From Callorhinchus milii (lineage: Eukaryota), in the NCBI RefSeq assembly GCF_018977255.1, contig NW_024704748.1, forward strand, positions 27,466,001 through 27,530,000: a stretch of DNA of 64,000 nucleotides, in the 5' to 3' direction. Within the stretch, counting starts at the first letter, position 1. Each line of letters begins with the position of its first letter. The position numbers and the translations under genes were made by a program. The notes under the pieces were generated by a model. The model had not been told where the DNA came from, ran no database searches, and saw only the letters and a program-made list of their open reading frames with translations. Of this stretch, positions 9,456 through 23,214 are shown piece by piece.

Positions 9456-10300
9456 CCACCCCCTCACTTACCCCCTCCCCACCCCCTCACTTACCCCCTC
9501 CCCACCCCCTCACTTACCCCTCCCCACCCCCTCACTTACCCCCTCCCCACCCCTCACTTACCCCTCCCCACCCCCTCACTTACCCCCTCCCCACCCCCTC
9601 ACTTACCCCCTCCCCACCCCTCACTTACCCCCTCCCCACCCCCTCACTTACCCCCTCCCCACCCCCTCACTTACCCCTCCCCACCCCTCATTTACCCCCT
9701 CCCCACCCCCTCACTTACCCCCTCCCCACCCCCTCACTTACCCCCTCCCCACCCCCTCACTTACCCCCTCCCCACCCCCTCACTTACCCCCTCCCCACCC
9801 CCTCACTTACCCCCTCCCCACCCCCTCACTTACCCCCTCCCCACCCCCTCACTTACCCCCTCCCCACCCCTCACTTACCCCTCCCCACCCCCTCACTTAC
9901 CCCCTCCCCACCCCCTCACTTACCCCCTCCCCACCCCTCACTTACCCCCTCCCCACCCCCTCACTTACCCCCTCCCCACCCCCTCACTTACCCCCTCCCC
10001 ACCCCCTCACTTACCCCCTCCCCACCCCTCACTTACCCCCTCCCCACCCCTCACTTACCCCCTCCCCACCCCCTCACTTACCCCCTCCCCACCCCCTCAC
10101 TTACCCCTCCCCACCCCTCACTTACCCCCTCCCCACCCCCTCACTTACCCCTCCCCATCCCCTCACTTACCCCCTCCCCACCCTCTCACTTACCCCCTCC
10201 CCACCCCCTCACTTACCCCCTCCCCGCCCCCTCACTTATCCCTGCCCCGCCCCCTCACCCCGCGCCCCGCCTCCTCACTTACCTCCGCCCCACCCCGCCC
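9456..10300. repeat. 22-23-bp C-rich minisatellite, ~36 copies (accccctcacttaccccctcccc)
   Basis: Read directly; source of the spurious Pro-rich ORFs. Confidence 0.97.
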
Positions 10301-10450
10301 CCTCGAAAACAAAACAATTATAAATTGATCATTTTCAATCCATGACTGTTTGTGGGACACTGCTGTGCGCAATTGGCTGCCACATTTTCACCCACAAATG
10401 TGCGATCAATTCACTTTGCAGTATGTTCTGTGAAGCGCTTTGGGACGTCC

Positions 10451-10935
10451 TGGGGGATGCTCCCTCCTACCTCTCCAACCTACTATCCCCCTACCTACCT
10501 GCCCGTACCCTCCGTTCCTCCGGCTCCGGTCTGCTCCACGTCCTCCGCCCCAACCGCCCTACTATCGGTGGTCGGGCCTTCAGCCTCTCAGCCCCGAGGC
10601 TCTGGAACTCCATCCCAGTGCCTTCGCCGCTTCCTCCCTTTCCTCCTTCAAGGCCGGTCTCAAAACCTTTCTCTTTGACCTTCAGCCTTCAGCTCCACTC
10701 TCGACTCTCTACCCCCTCCTCGCTCCCTCCCTTCCCTCCCCTCACCCTGACCATTTCCCCCCTCCTCGCTCCCTCCCCTCCCCTCCCCTGACCATTTCCC
10801 CCCTCCTCGCTCCCTCCCTTCCCTCCCCTCCCCTGACCATTTCCCCCCTGCTCGGGTCATGACCCAAATGTGCAGCGCCTTGGGACGTCCTCCTGACGTG
10901 AAAGGCGCTTTATAAATGGAATCTTGTTGTTGTTG
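10451..10935 (+). mobile_element. L2 LINE 3' fragment
   Basis: [44 protein letters not shown], then gcgcttgggacgtcc...ggcgctttataaat..(ttg)n tail. Confidence 0.88.
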
Positions 10936-11035
10936 TTGTCCTCCCGACGTGAAAAATGCTATATCAAATGCAAGGATTATTATAATAGTATATAATATAA
11001 CTGTACATTATGCACAACACTGTATATATTCTGTA

Positions 11036-12025
11036 CAAGCTGTAACTGTTGCAGCTTTGCTTGCAACCAAAGGATCCAATACGGAATGTAGATTGACACA
11101 CAGACATTTCTTCTTTATACTCAGCTGGGAGGACTTCTGCGGGAGGACTCCTTTTGGGAGGACACAGTGGGAGGACTCCTTTTGAGAGGACTCCTGTCAA
11201 AGCTACACTAACCGAAGGAGTTTACTGTGATCCAGCAGGTCCTTGAGTTATTGCAAGGCTTCCGTGTAGATGACATTTTCAGTTTTTCCTCCTTCGGCCA
11301 TGATGTACAGGTTTTCAGATGAACCCACATGTGAGCATCCAACATAGAACTGGCCTTGGGAAACACAGGGTATATTCAAGAAAATGGCAGCAACCTTTAA
11401 GCTCTGCCCCTGTGCCTTGTTAATTGACATGGTAAAGCATAGTCAAACAGGCAATTGGAGCCTTTTGAACTCAAACGGGCAGTCCCTTGGGAGCGGTGGA
11501 ATGAGAGGAATGAATACGTCTTTGCCTTCTTTGTTCTTCAGTTTAATTTAATCGGCCTTCTCTCTTTTGTCTGGCATTTTTATTTGTCCTTGAAAGGCTT
11601 GATCTTCGCTTCTTAGGTATCTCCCCCTAAGATTAAGAAAATGTGCTATTGGGAGGACTCCTATTGGGAGGACTGAGTGGGAGCACTGGTGGTTGGGAGT
11701 ACTCCTGTTGGGAGGACTGTAGCTCCCATGACAACCCGAAAAACCTGCCATGCATTTGTTGCAGAATATATTAGTAGAGATTTATCTCTTTACAACTGTG
11801 AGTGATTTCCTCTGTTGCTGCTTTGTTGCAGAATACCACACCTAGCTCTTATTTTGGGGCTTAATTAAAGGATTTTCTAAATATAGCTCATGACGATAGG
11901 AGATCCCTGAAAAAAAATGCCCATGACATTCCCGCATGCAAGACCAACGTCAGTCGGTTATTGCATTATTGTCGGAAACGCAGACTAGACACACACACAC
12001 AGACATTTTGTCTTATTAGTATAGA
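11036..12025 (-). mobile_element. Internally deleted Helitron with a PIF1-like helicase C-terminal remnant
   Basis: 5' end A|TCTATACTAATAAG at 12025; remnant KDVFIPLIP..DCPFEFKRLQLPV*LCFTMSINKAQGQSLKV...GQFYVGCSHVG...KTENVIYTEAL; 3' hairpin GTTGCA-N8-TGCAAC (11048-11067) then CTTG|T. Confidence 0.85.
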
Positions 12026-12269
12026 TTATATGATATAATGTATACCCTATATTATACACAGTGTATATACTGTACATAATAGTAAACAATATATACTATA
12101 TGAATGTATATATACTCTATAACAGTATACGATGTGTACTCTATATATAATACAATACTAAATGTAACAATCAGTCTAATGTATATTGTATATTTAAAGC
12201 GCTCTGAGACGCCGTCCGGCTTGAAGGGCGCTATATAAATCCAAGTTGTGTGTATATATATATATACTG

Positions 12270-12741
<472 letters not shown>

Positions 12742-13060
12742 TGACGTCATGTTCACCACAGCCACCCACTGCCTTGGCTTCTCTGTGAGGTTTGGACCGG
12801 GGAGTCAGAGCAATGATAACAATAAAAATAATCTTTGCATTTAATATATAATCTCACATTGGTGAAATGTCTCAAAGCACTTCACAGTAATTCCTGTGAA
12901 GTGCAGTGACTGTGTATTTGTCGCACTTGATAGAAATCTAAAAAGGAGTAAACTACAGGCGTGTGTGGGGTGGGGAGAGCCGCTAAATGAGACTGAAAGG
13001 ATTGCTTGTTAAAAGAGCAGCACAGACAGGATGGCCGTATGGCTGCCTTCCGTGCTGTAA

Positions 13061-13315
<255 letters not shown>

Positions 13316-13601
13316 TAAAGTCCACCATCTGTGCCGGTCTCTCGTCCGGTTGCTGAGCCGGGAGGGGCCACAGTATCCCAGAGCACTCACTGTTGATGGC
13401 AGCACAGCCCGGCCCGGCTCATCAGCAGGACCTGGAAGGGCCGACCGGTCGCTGGGGGCCGGGAATCCTCCCCCTCAGCTCCTGGTAACCCCACAGCCAA
13501 AGCCCTAACAGGAGGGTGGTCCTCGCTGGACAAGTGGTGGGAAACTTGCCAGACAGCTCTCTCGATGGCAAGCTTTGTGGTTTTAGACTCCAGGAGTTAA
13601 A

Positions 13602-13641
<40 letters not shown>

Positions 13642-13713
13642 TACACACACAGCAAATGACTGACCGGGGTGTTGATTTGCTTCAGTAACGGCTGTGATTT
13701 ATATTTGAATTGA

Positions 13714-13854
<141 letters not shown>

Positions 13855-15154
13855 TAATAAGATTCTTCATAGCCGCGTGTTAGTGAGTAAGTGGGTGGGT
13901 GGGCGATGGAGGGAGGGAGGGAGGGAGGGAGGGAGGGATGGATGCTTCAAACCACAGACAGCAGGTGGCGCTCTTGTTCTGTTTGGATGAGTTAAACCCC
14001 TGGAATTTCCCTCCTTCCTCCCTCTGTGACCTGCTAATGCCATATCAACCTGTCCTCTCCCTCCTTTCAGCGGGCTCCAGCCTGCTCCACGTCCCCTGCA
14101 CCGCCCAGACCACCATCAGAGGTCGGGCCTTTAGCCTCTCTGCCTTCACCTTTGGGAACATCATCTCAGAGTCCCTTCACCTCGCTCCCTTAATAATCCC
14201 TTAAAAAAATAATGTGAACACTCAAACCATGACTGTTTGTGGGACACTGCTGTGTGCAATTGGGATCCACATATCGGCCACAAAATACACAGTCACTACA
14301 CTTCAGAGTGTATTTTGTGAAGTGCTTTGAGACTTCACAAACAATGTGATAAGGCACTATATCAAATGCAAGGATTATTATTATTACACTCGTTCATTCA
14401 AAATACCAGGAAATCTCAGCCAGTAGGCAGCAACTGGGGCAATGTGGAGCTGAGTGTTGGAGACATCAAACCAAGTCTGTGTCTGTTCAGGTGGACGTTA
14501 AAGACCCCAAAACAACTGCAAAAGAGAAGGGAGTTTCTGTCTCCCGTTGTCCTGGCTGACAGCACCCATTTTGATTGGTCATTCACTCCGTGGCTGTTTG
14601 TAGTACATTGCTCTGTGCAAATTTTCGCCCAAAAGCACACAGTGACTACACTTTACAGGACATCCTGTGAACTGCTTTGGGACATCCTCCTGACGTGAAA
14701 GGCCTGTATCTGATGTAAGGATAACAATTATCCCTGATCCTGACACGGTGTGAGGACTGGTCACATGTCAGGAACACTTTGCTGAGTGTCGGGTCCTACC
14801 TGGAGCCTGTGTGAGTTGCTGGCCACGTTTTCAGCCACTCCGCCCCAAAATGCTGGAACACTCTTCCTCTATCCCTTCACTTCACCCCCTCCTTTCCCAT
14901 CTTCAGGTCATGCCTGAAGACCTTCCTCTTCGACCGTGTCTACGATCACTTCCCCCGGCTCACTGTTAAGCGCTCAGAGATGCAACCATGCGTCAGAGGG
15001 ATGCTGTGTAAATGCAAGTTGTTGTTGTTAGCGCCTGGTGTTTGAGTGTGTAACCAATGTGCTGTGTTTGTTGCTGTGTGAATGGGAGGCACGAGTGAGG
15101 GCTCTGACACCAAGGCGCCCGCCCTCGTGGTGATGATTGTATCTCGCCCAGTAA

Positions 15155-15343
<189 letters not shown>

Positions 15344-15500
15344 TGACACAGCCTCAGGTCTGGCCGGGGGATCATGAGCCGCCCAGTCTAACTCCCACTT
15401 GGTCCTCACTCCCTGCAATACTCTTCCTCTCTGAACCCATTTTACTCCACAGGCCTGTTTATGTAGCAGTAAGTAGGAACCCGGTTATTCATCAACCAGA

Positions 15501-16369
15501 GGAGGACACAGTGGGAGGACTCCTTTTGAGAGGACTCCTGTCAAAGCTACACTAACCGAAGGGGTTTACTGTGATCCAGCAGGTCCTTGAGTTATTGCAA
15601 GGCTTCCGTGTAGATGACATTTTCAGTTTTTCCTCCTCCGGCCATGATGTACAGGTTTTCAGATGAACCCACATGTGAGCATCCAACATAGAACTGGCCT
15701 TGGGAAACACAGGGTATATTCAAGAAAATGGCAGCAACCTTTAAGCTCTGCCCCTGTGCCTTGTTAATTGACATGGTAAAGCATAGTCAAACAGGCAATT
15801 GGAGCCTTTTGAACTCAAACGGGCAGTCCCTTGGGAGCGGTGGAATGAGAGGAATGAATACGTCTTTGCCTTCTTTGTTCTTCAGTTTAATTTAATCGGC
15901 CTTCTCTCTTTTGTCTGGCATTTTTATTTGTCCTTGAAAGGCTTGATCTTCGCTTCTTAGGTATCTCCCCCTAAGATTAAGAAAATGTGCTATTGGGAGG
16001 ACTCCTATTGGGAGGACTGAGTGGGAGCACTGGTGGTTGGGAGTACTCCTGTTGGGAGGACTGTAGCTCCCATGACAACCCGAAAAACCTGCCATGCATT
16101 TGTTGCAGAATATATTAGTAGAGATTTATCTCTTTACAACTGTGAGTGATTTCCTCTGTTGCTGCTTTGTTACAGAATACCACACCTAGCTCTTATTTTG
16201 GGGCTTAATTAAAGGATTTTCTAAATATAGCTCATGACGATAGGAGATCCCTGAAAAAAAATGCCCATGACATTCCCGCATGCAAGACCAACGTCAGTCG
16301 GTTATTGCATTATTGTCGGAAACGCAGACTAGACACACACACACAGACATTTTGTCTTATTAGTATAGA
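15501..16369 (-). mobile_element. Second, 3'-truncated copy of the Helitron, created by the duplication
   Basis: Same sequence at offset 4344; lacks the hairpin and 3' end. Confidence 0.85.
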
Positions 16370-16763
16370 TTATATGATATAATGTATACCCTATATTATA
16401 CACAGTGTATATACTGTACATAATAGTAAACAATATATACTATATGAATGTATATATACTCTATAACAGTATACGATGTGTACTCTATATATAATACAAT
16501 ACTAAATGTAACAATCAGCCTAATGTATATTGTATATTTAAAGCGCTCTGAGACGCCGTCCGGCTTGAAGGGCGCTATATAAATCCAAGTTGTGTGTATA
16601 TATATATATACTGTCATTCACTCTCTCTGTGTCACTCACTCTGTGTCACTCACTCCGTGTCACTCTGTCATTCTCTGTGTCACTCAGTGTCACTCTCTCA
16701 GTGTCACTCACTCTGTGTCACTCTCTCTGTCACTCTCAGTGTCACTTTCTCAGTGTCACTTAA

Positions 16764-17087
<324 letters not shown>

Positions 17088-17406
17088 TGACGTCATGTTC
17101 ACCACAGCCACCCACTGCCTTGGCTTCTCTGTGAGGTTTGGACCGGGGAGTCAGAGCAATGATAACAATAAAAATAATCTTTGCACTTAATATATAATCT
17201 CACATTGGTGAAATGTCTCAAAGCACTTCACAGTAATTCCTGTGAAGTGCAGTGACTGTGTATTTGTCGCACTTGATAGAAATCTAAAAAGGAGTAAACT
17301 ACAGGCGTGTGTGGGGTGGGGAGAGCTGCTAAATGAGACTGAAAGGATTGCTTGTTAAAAGAGCAGCACAGACAGGATGGCCGTATGGCTGCCTTCCGTG
17401 CTGTAA

Positions 17407-17661
<255 letters not shown>

Positions 17662-17948
17662 TAAAGTCCACCATCTGTGCCGGTCTCTTGTCCGGTTGCT
17701 GAGCCGGGAGGGGCCGCAGTGTCCCAGAGCACTCCCTGCTGATGGCAGCACAGCCCGGCCCGGCCCATCAGCAGGACCTGGAAGGGCCGACCGGTCGCTG
17801 GGGGCCGGGAATCCTCCCCCTCAGCTCCTGGTAACCCCACAGCCAAAGCCCTAACAGGGAGGGTGGTCCTCGCTGGACAAGTGGTGGGAAACTTGCCAGA
17901 CAGCTCTCTCGATGGCAAGCTTTGTGGTTTTAGACTCCAGGAGTTAAA

Positions 17949-17988
<40 letters not shown>

Positions 17989-18060
17989 TACACACACAGC
18001 AAATGACTGACCGGGGTGTTGATTTGCTTCAGTAACGGCTGTGATTTATATTTGAATTGA

Positions 18061-18201
<141 letters not shown>

Positions 18202-19492
18202 TAATAAGATTCTTCATAGCCGCGTGTTAGTGAGTAAGTGGGTGGGTGGGCGATGGAGGGAGGGAGGGAGGGATGGATGGATGCTTCAAACCACAGACAG
18301 CAGGTGGCGCTCTTGTTCTGTTTGGATGAGTTAAACCCCTGGAATTTCCCTCCTTCCTCCCTCTGTGACCTGCTAATGCCATATCAACCTGTCCTCTCCC
18401 TCCTTTCAGCGGGCTCCAGCCTGCTCCACGTCCCCTGCACCGCCCAGACCACCATCAGAGGTCGGGCCTTTAGCCTCTCTGCCTTCACCTTTGGAACATC
18501 ATCTCAGAGTCCCTTCACCTCGCTCCCTTAATAATCCCTTAAAAAAATAATGTGAACACTCAAACCATGACTGTTTGTGGGACACTGCTGTGTGCAATTG
18601 GATGCCACATATCGGCCACAAAATACACAGTCACTACACTTCAGAGTGTATTTTGTGAAGTGCTTTGAGACTTCACAACAATGTGATAAGGCACTATATC
18701 AAATGCAAGGATTATTATTATTACACTCGTTCATTCAAAATACCAGGAAATCTCAGCCAGTAGGCAGCAACTGGGGCAATGTGGAGCTGAGTGTTGGAGA
18801 CATCAAACCAAGTCTGTGTCTGTTCAGGTGGACGTTAAAGACCCCAAAACAACTGCAAAAGAGAAGGGAGTTTCTGTCTCCCGTTGTCCTGGCTGACAGC
18901 ACCCATTTTGATTGGTCATTCACTCCGTGGCTGTTTGTAGTACATTGCTCTGTGCAAATTTCGCCCAAAAAGCACACAGTGACTACACTTTACAGGACAT
19001 CCTGTGAACTGCTTTGGGACATCCTCCTGACGTGAAAGGCCTGTATCTGATGTAAGGATAACAATTATCCCTGATCCTGACACGGTGTGAGGACTGGTCA
19101 CATGTCAGGAACACTTTGCTGAGTGTCGGGTCCTACCTGGAGCCTGTGTGAGTTGCTGGCCACGTTTTCAGCCACTCCGCCCCAAAATGCTGGAACACTC
19201 TTCCTCTATCCCTTCACTTCACCCCCTCCTTTCCCATCTTCAGGTCATGCCTGAAGACCTTCCTCTTCGACCGTGTCTACGATCACTTCCCCCCGGCTCA
19301 CTGTTAAGCGCTCAGAGATGCAACCATGCGTCAGAGGGATGCTGTGTAAATGCAAGTTGTTGTTGTTAGCGCCTGGTGTTTGAGTGTGTAACCAATGTGC
19401 TGTGTTTGTTGCTGTGTGAATGGGAGGCACGAGTGAGGGCTCTGACACCAAGGCGCCCGCCCTCGTGGTGATGATTGTATCTCGCCCAGTAA

Positions 19493-19681
<189 letters not shown>

Positions 19682-19839
19682 TGACACAGCCCTCAGGTCT
19701 GGCCGGGGGATCATGAGCCGCCCAGTCTAACTCCCACTTGGTCCTCACTCCCTGCAATACTCTTCCTCTCTGAACCCATTTTACTCCACAGGCCTGTTTA
19801 TGTAGCAGTAAGTAGGAACCCGGTTATTCATCAACCAGA

Positions 19840-21005
19840 ACATAAGAAATAGGAGCAGGAGATTTGGCCCCTCGAGCCTGCCCCACCATTTAATAAGATC
19901 ATGGCTGGTCTTCTAACCTAATTGCATTTACCTGTCCTATCCCAATATCCCTTAATCCCTTTAGTTTTTAAACATCTATCGATCTCAGTCTTGAATATGT
20001 TCAATGACTGAGTATCCACAGCCTCCGGGGTAGAGAATTCCACAAATTCACTACCCTCTGAGTGAAGAAATGTTTCTTCAACTCAGTTCTAAAGGGCTGA
20101 GCTTTAATCTTGAGACTATGACCCCAAGTTTAGATTCTCCAACCGGGGAAACAGTCTCACACTATCTCCCCTGTCAAGGCCCTTAAGAATCTTATAGGCT
20201 TCCATAAGATCACATCTAGAGAATATAGGCCTAATTTACTAGTTTATTAGAACCAACCGAGTGAATCTACGCTGCACTCCATCAAAGGCGATTATAACCT
20301 TTCTTAGATAAGGAGACCAAAACTGCACACAATATTCCAGGTGGGGTCTCACCAAAGCCCTATACAATAGCAGCAAGACTTCCCTACTCTTGTATTCTAA
20401 CCCTTTTGCAGTAAACACTAACTTACTATTAGCCTTTCTAGTTGCTTGCTGTACCTGCATACTAACTTTCTGTGACTGGTGTACAAGGACACCTAAATCC
20501 CTCTGAACACTAACACTATCTAGTCTCTCCCCCTCTAGAAAATAACCTGCTTTTCTATTTTTTCTACCGAGGTGAATAATGTCACATTTCCCCACATTAT
20601 ATTCCATCTGTCACCTTCTTGCCCACTCACCTCGTCTGTCTATTTCCCTTTGCATCCTCCTTGTGTCCTCCTCACAGCTCACGCTCCCACCGTGAATTTA
20701 GATACATTAAGCTCTATTTCCTCATCTAAGTCATTGATATGGACTGTAAACAGTCGAGGCCCAATCACTGATTCTTGTGGCATTCACTTGTCACGACCTG
20801 CCAATCTGAGAAGGACCTGTTTATCCCTACTCTCTGTTTTCTGCTTGTTAACCACTCTTCGATCCGTGCTAATATATTACCCTTAATTCCATGAGTCTTA
20901 ATCTTTAGTAACAACCTTTTGTGTCCACTGGTTCCCCTCTGTCTAACCGGCTAGTTACATCTTCAAAAAACTCTTAAAAGATTTGTTAAACATGATTTCC
21001 CTTTT
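19840..21005 (-). mobile_element. CR1 LINE 3' fragment (RT C-terminus plus 3' tail) inserted into a SINE
   Basis: ORF 20239-20607 (NVGKCDIIHLG...RDLGVLV...LYRALVRPHLEYCVQFWSPY) is typical CR1 ORF2; tail acataagaaataggagcagga at 19840; host SINE halves at ~19780-19839 and ~21020-21290. Confidence 0.92.
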
Positions 21006-21480
21006 ATGAAACCATAATGTATCTAATTGGCCTATCATTTTTCTGGGGGTAATAATGTTTCATGTGAGATACTGCTCTGACGTCTCCATCTTACTGTAGG
21101 ACAAGTTTCTCCAGGTGTCCTGGCCAGCAATTTGCTGAATTTACATTGAATCCACGAGTGTTTGTGAGACACATCTGTGGTAATTGGCTGCTGCGTTTTG
21201 TCCACAAAATATAGTCAATTTACTTTACAGTATATTCTGTGAAGCGCTTCGAAGACATGATAAGGCGCTATATCAAATGCAAGGATGATGATTGTTACTG
21301 AATGTCGGAGGGATGTAAGCCCCCCAGTCTCTGCTGCAACAGACTTCAAACAGCGGAATTCCTGAGACACCGCGCACAGGGAGGGGTGTGGGGGCTCCAG
21401 CGCGGTCAGAGCGAAGTGGGGGTGAGGGGTTTGTAGTGACCGAGGACACACACTGACGCTGCTGTTGGTTTCTCTTTCAG

Positions 21481-21585
21481 TATCAGAAACCCAAAGCCAT
21501 CCTACAGCTGGAGGCTGAGGTGCTGCGGGAACTGAAGAAGATGAAAATGAGCTCAGAGGGCGATGTGGAGTGTAACACACAGTGA
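21481..21585 (+). CDS. DPCD: DPCD exon 6, last (YQKPKAILQLEAEVLRELKKMKMSSEGDVECNTQ*)
   Basis: Matches the DPCD C-terminus (YQKPK...ELKK...C.TQ); ctctttcag acceptor; TGA at 21583-21585. Confidence 0.96.
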   Translation, partial: YQKPKAILQLEAEVLRELKKMKMSSEGDVECNTQ

Positions 21586-22058
21586 GCTCGGAGTGTGGGG
21601 TGTAGGGGGAGTGTGAGTAGGGGGGTTAATGAACGTATATATAGTGTTAAACCTGCCATAAGCTCAGGCACCCGCCAGGGTCTCTGCAATCCCACCCTCG
21701 GCCTTTAGTAAAGCTGCTCGTTACATGGTGCGTGAACCCTGTGTGGCACTGGCAGAGCGGAGACGTGACAAAGGGATGGAGCTGGAGAGAGGGCGGGTGG
21801 GCCGGGCTGTGAGGCCCTGATCCTCCGTTTGACAATATCTTTCATCAAATGAACGTGGGATCTCCAAGCTCTGTGTAACCTTCACTGCAGTCTGATGACC
21901 AGAATTATACCCTTACATTTGACTCAATGCTTTTATGTCAGGAGGTAACCACAGGCTTCACAGGATTCAGTGCAAAGTGGAGTGACTGTGTGTTTGTGGG
22001 GGTGATGGCTTCTGGTCTGCAACTGGCTGTAACTTCCACATTAGGTTCAAGAATATTA

Positions 22059-22064
22059 AATAAA
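22059..22064 (+). terminator. DPCD: Probable DPCD polyadenylation signal AATAAA
   Basis: First AATAAA I found after the stop, ~470 nt downstream, just before a SINE. Confidence 0.6.
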
Positions 22065-22618
22065 GTCTTCTGAAATCTCACAAACGTTCCTCAGAATCGT
22101 GGTCCTGCTCACTGTGATCGGGAGAGGAGCTGCTGCTGTCAGACACACTGAATAATAATAATCCTGGCATTTGATACAGCGCCTTATCACATCTTCAAGA
22201 TGTCTCGAAGTGCTTCACAGAATATACTGTAAAGTGTAGTGATTGTATGTTCTGTAGACGAAACGTGACACTCAATGGCGCACAGCAGTGTCCCATAAAC
22301 ATTCGTGGATTGAGTGACCCAATTTTTTCTCGAGGGATTATTACCCCTGGAAATCAATCCGTCAATCGACTAACGACTGAGTTCCTACATACTGCGAGGT
22401 AAACACTCCAGGTGTGGGGAGTAAGGAAACTTGCCTAACATTTCGCCCTGACTGGGAATTGAACCCAGGTCTCTCGCTTGCAAGGCAAGTGCTCTAACCA
22501 CTGAGCTACAGGATTTCACTTTCATGCTCCATAGGAAGGTGAGAAACAAGTAAATGAGGAGCAAAGAACAAGTAGCAGCAAAATATACAAAATACATTAT
22601 ATAAAATACAGCATCAAA

Positions 22619-22624
22619 TTTATT
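22619..22624 (-). terminator. FBXW4: Probable FBXW4 polyadenylation signal AATAAA
   Basis: tttatt on the plus strand with U-rich sequence downstream on the minus strand; ATTAAA variant at 22657-22662. Confidence 0.6.
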
Positions 22625-22688
22625 ACAAAGTTCCTCTTTTCTCGAAAAACTTGTCTTTAATAATACACAAGTGGAGCGATTGCTGTCA

Positions 22689-22980
22689 GTTGGGGCTGGG
22701 CTGTGTGTGACGGTCGGGGCTGGGCTGTGTGTGACGGTCGGGGCTGGGCTGTGTGTGACGGTCGGGGCTGGGCTGTGTGTGACGGTCGGGGCTGGGCTGT
22801 GTGTGACGGTCGGGGCTGGGCTGTGTGTGACGGTCGGGGCTGGGCTGTGTGTGACGGTCGGGGCTGGGCTGTGTGTGACGGTCGGGGCTGGGCTGTGTGT
22901 GACGGTCGGGGCTGGGCTGTGTGTGACGGTCGGGGCTGGGCTGTGTGTGACGGTCGGGGCTGGGCTGTGTGTGACCGTCG
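22689..22980. repeat. 24-bp minisatellite, ~12 copies (ggggctgggctgtgtgtgacggtc), in the FBXW4 3' UTR
   Basis: 8-aa periodic ORFs in several frames; begins within a few nt of the FBXW4 stop. Confidence 0.97.
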
Positions 22981-22981
22981 T

Positions 22982-23137
22982 TCAGGTCTGGTGTAACCAT
23001 CGCTGTTTCTTGAGCTGTGTATCAGCGGCTGCGAAGTCCAGCAGGTAAAGTCCTTGTGCCAGGGCAGCATATAAGTGTGAGGTGGTGAAGCGCAGGCAGT
23101 ACACAGGGCTGCTCTTGGGTGAGGAGAGGAAAAAGGC
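22982..23137 (-). CDS. FBXW4: FBXW4 last exon (AFFLSSPKSSPVYCLRFTTSHLYAALAQGLYLLDFAAADTQLKKQRWLHQT*)
   Basis: SSPVYCLR.TT.HLYAAL motif of FBXW4; ctcttccag acceptor; TGA at 22982-22984. Confidence 0.95.
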   Translation of the reverse strand, partial: AFFLSSPKSSPVYCLRFTTSHLYAALAQGLYLLDFAAADTQLKKQRWLHQT

Positions 23138-23214
23138 CTGGAAGAGACAAGAGTCAGTCAGTCAGTCAGCATCACAGCTCGTCACGGTCACACAGTTACA
23201 CACACTACAGCACA

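Noticed and set aside
9393-10328. 311-aa and 292-aa Pro-rich ORFs
   Set aside because: Translations of a stop-free C-rich minisatellite; no domain and no splice support.
22657-23070. Periodic ORFs in four frames
   Set aside because: 24-bp tandem repeat in the FBXW4 3' UTR.
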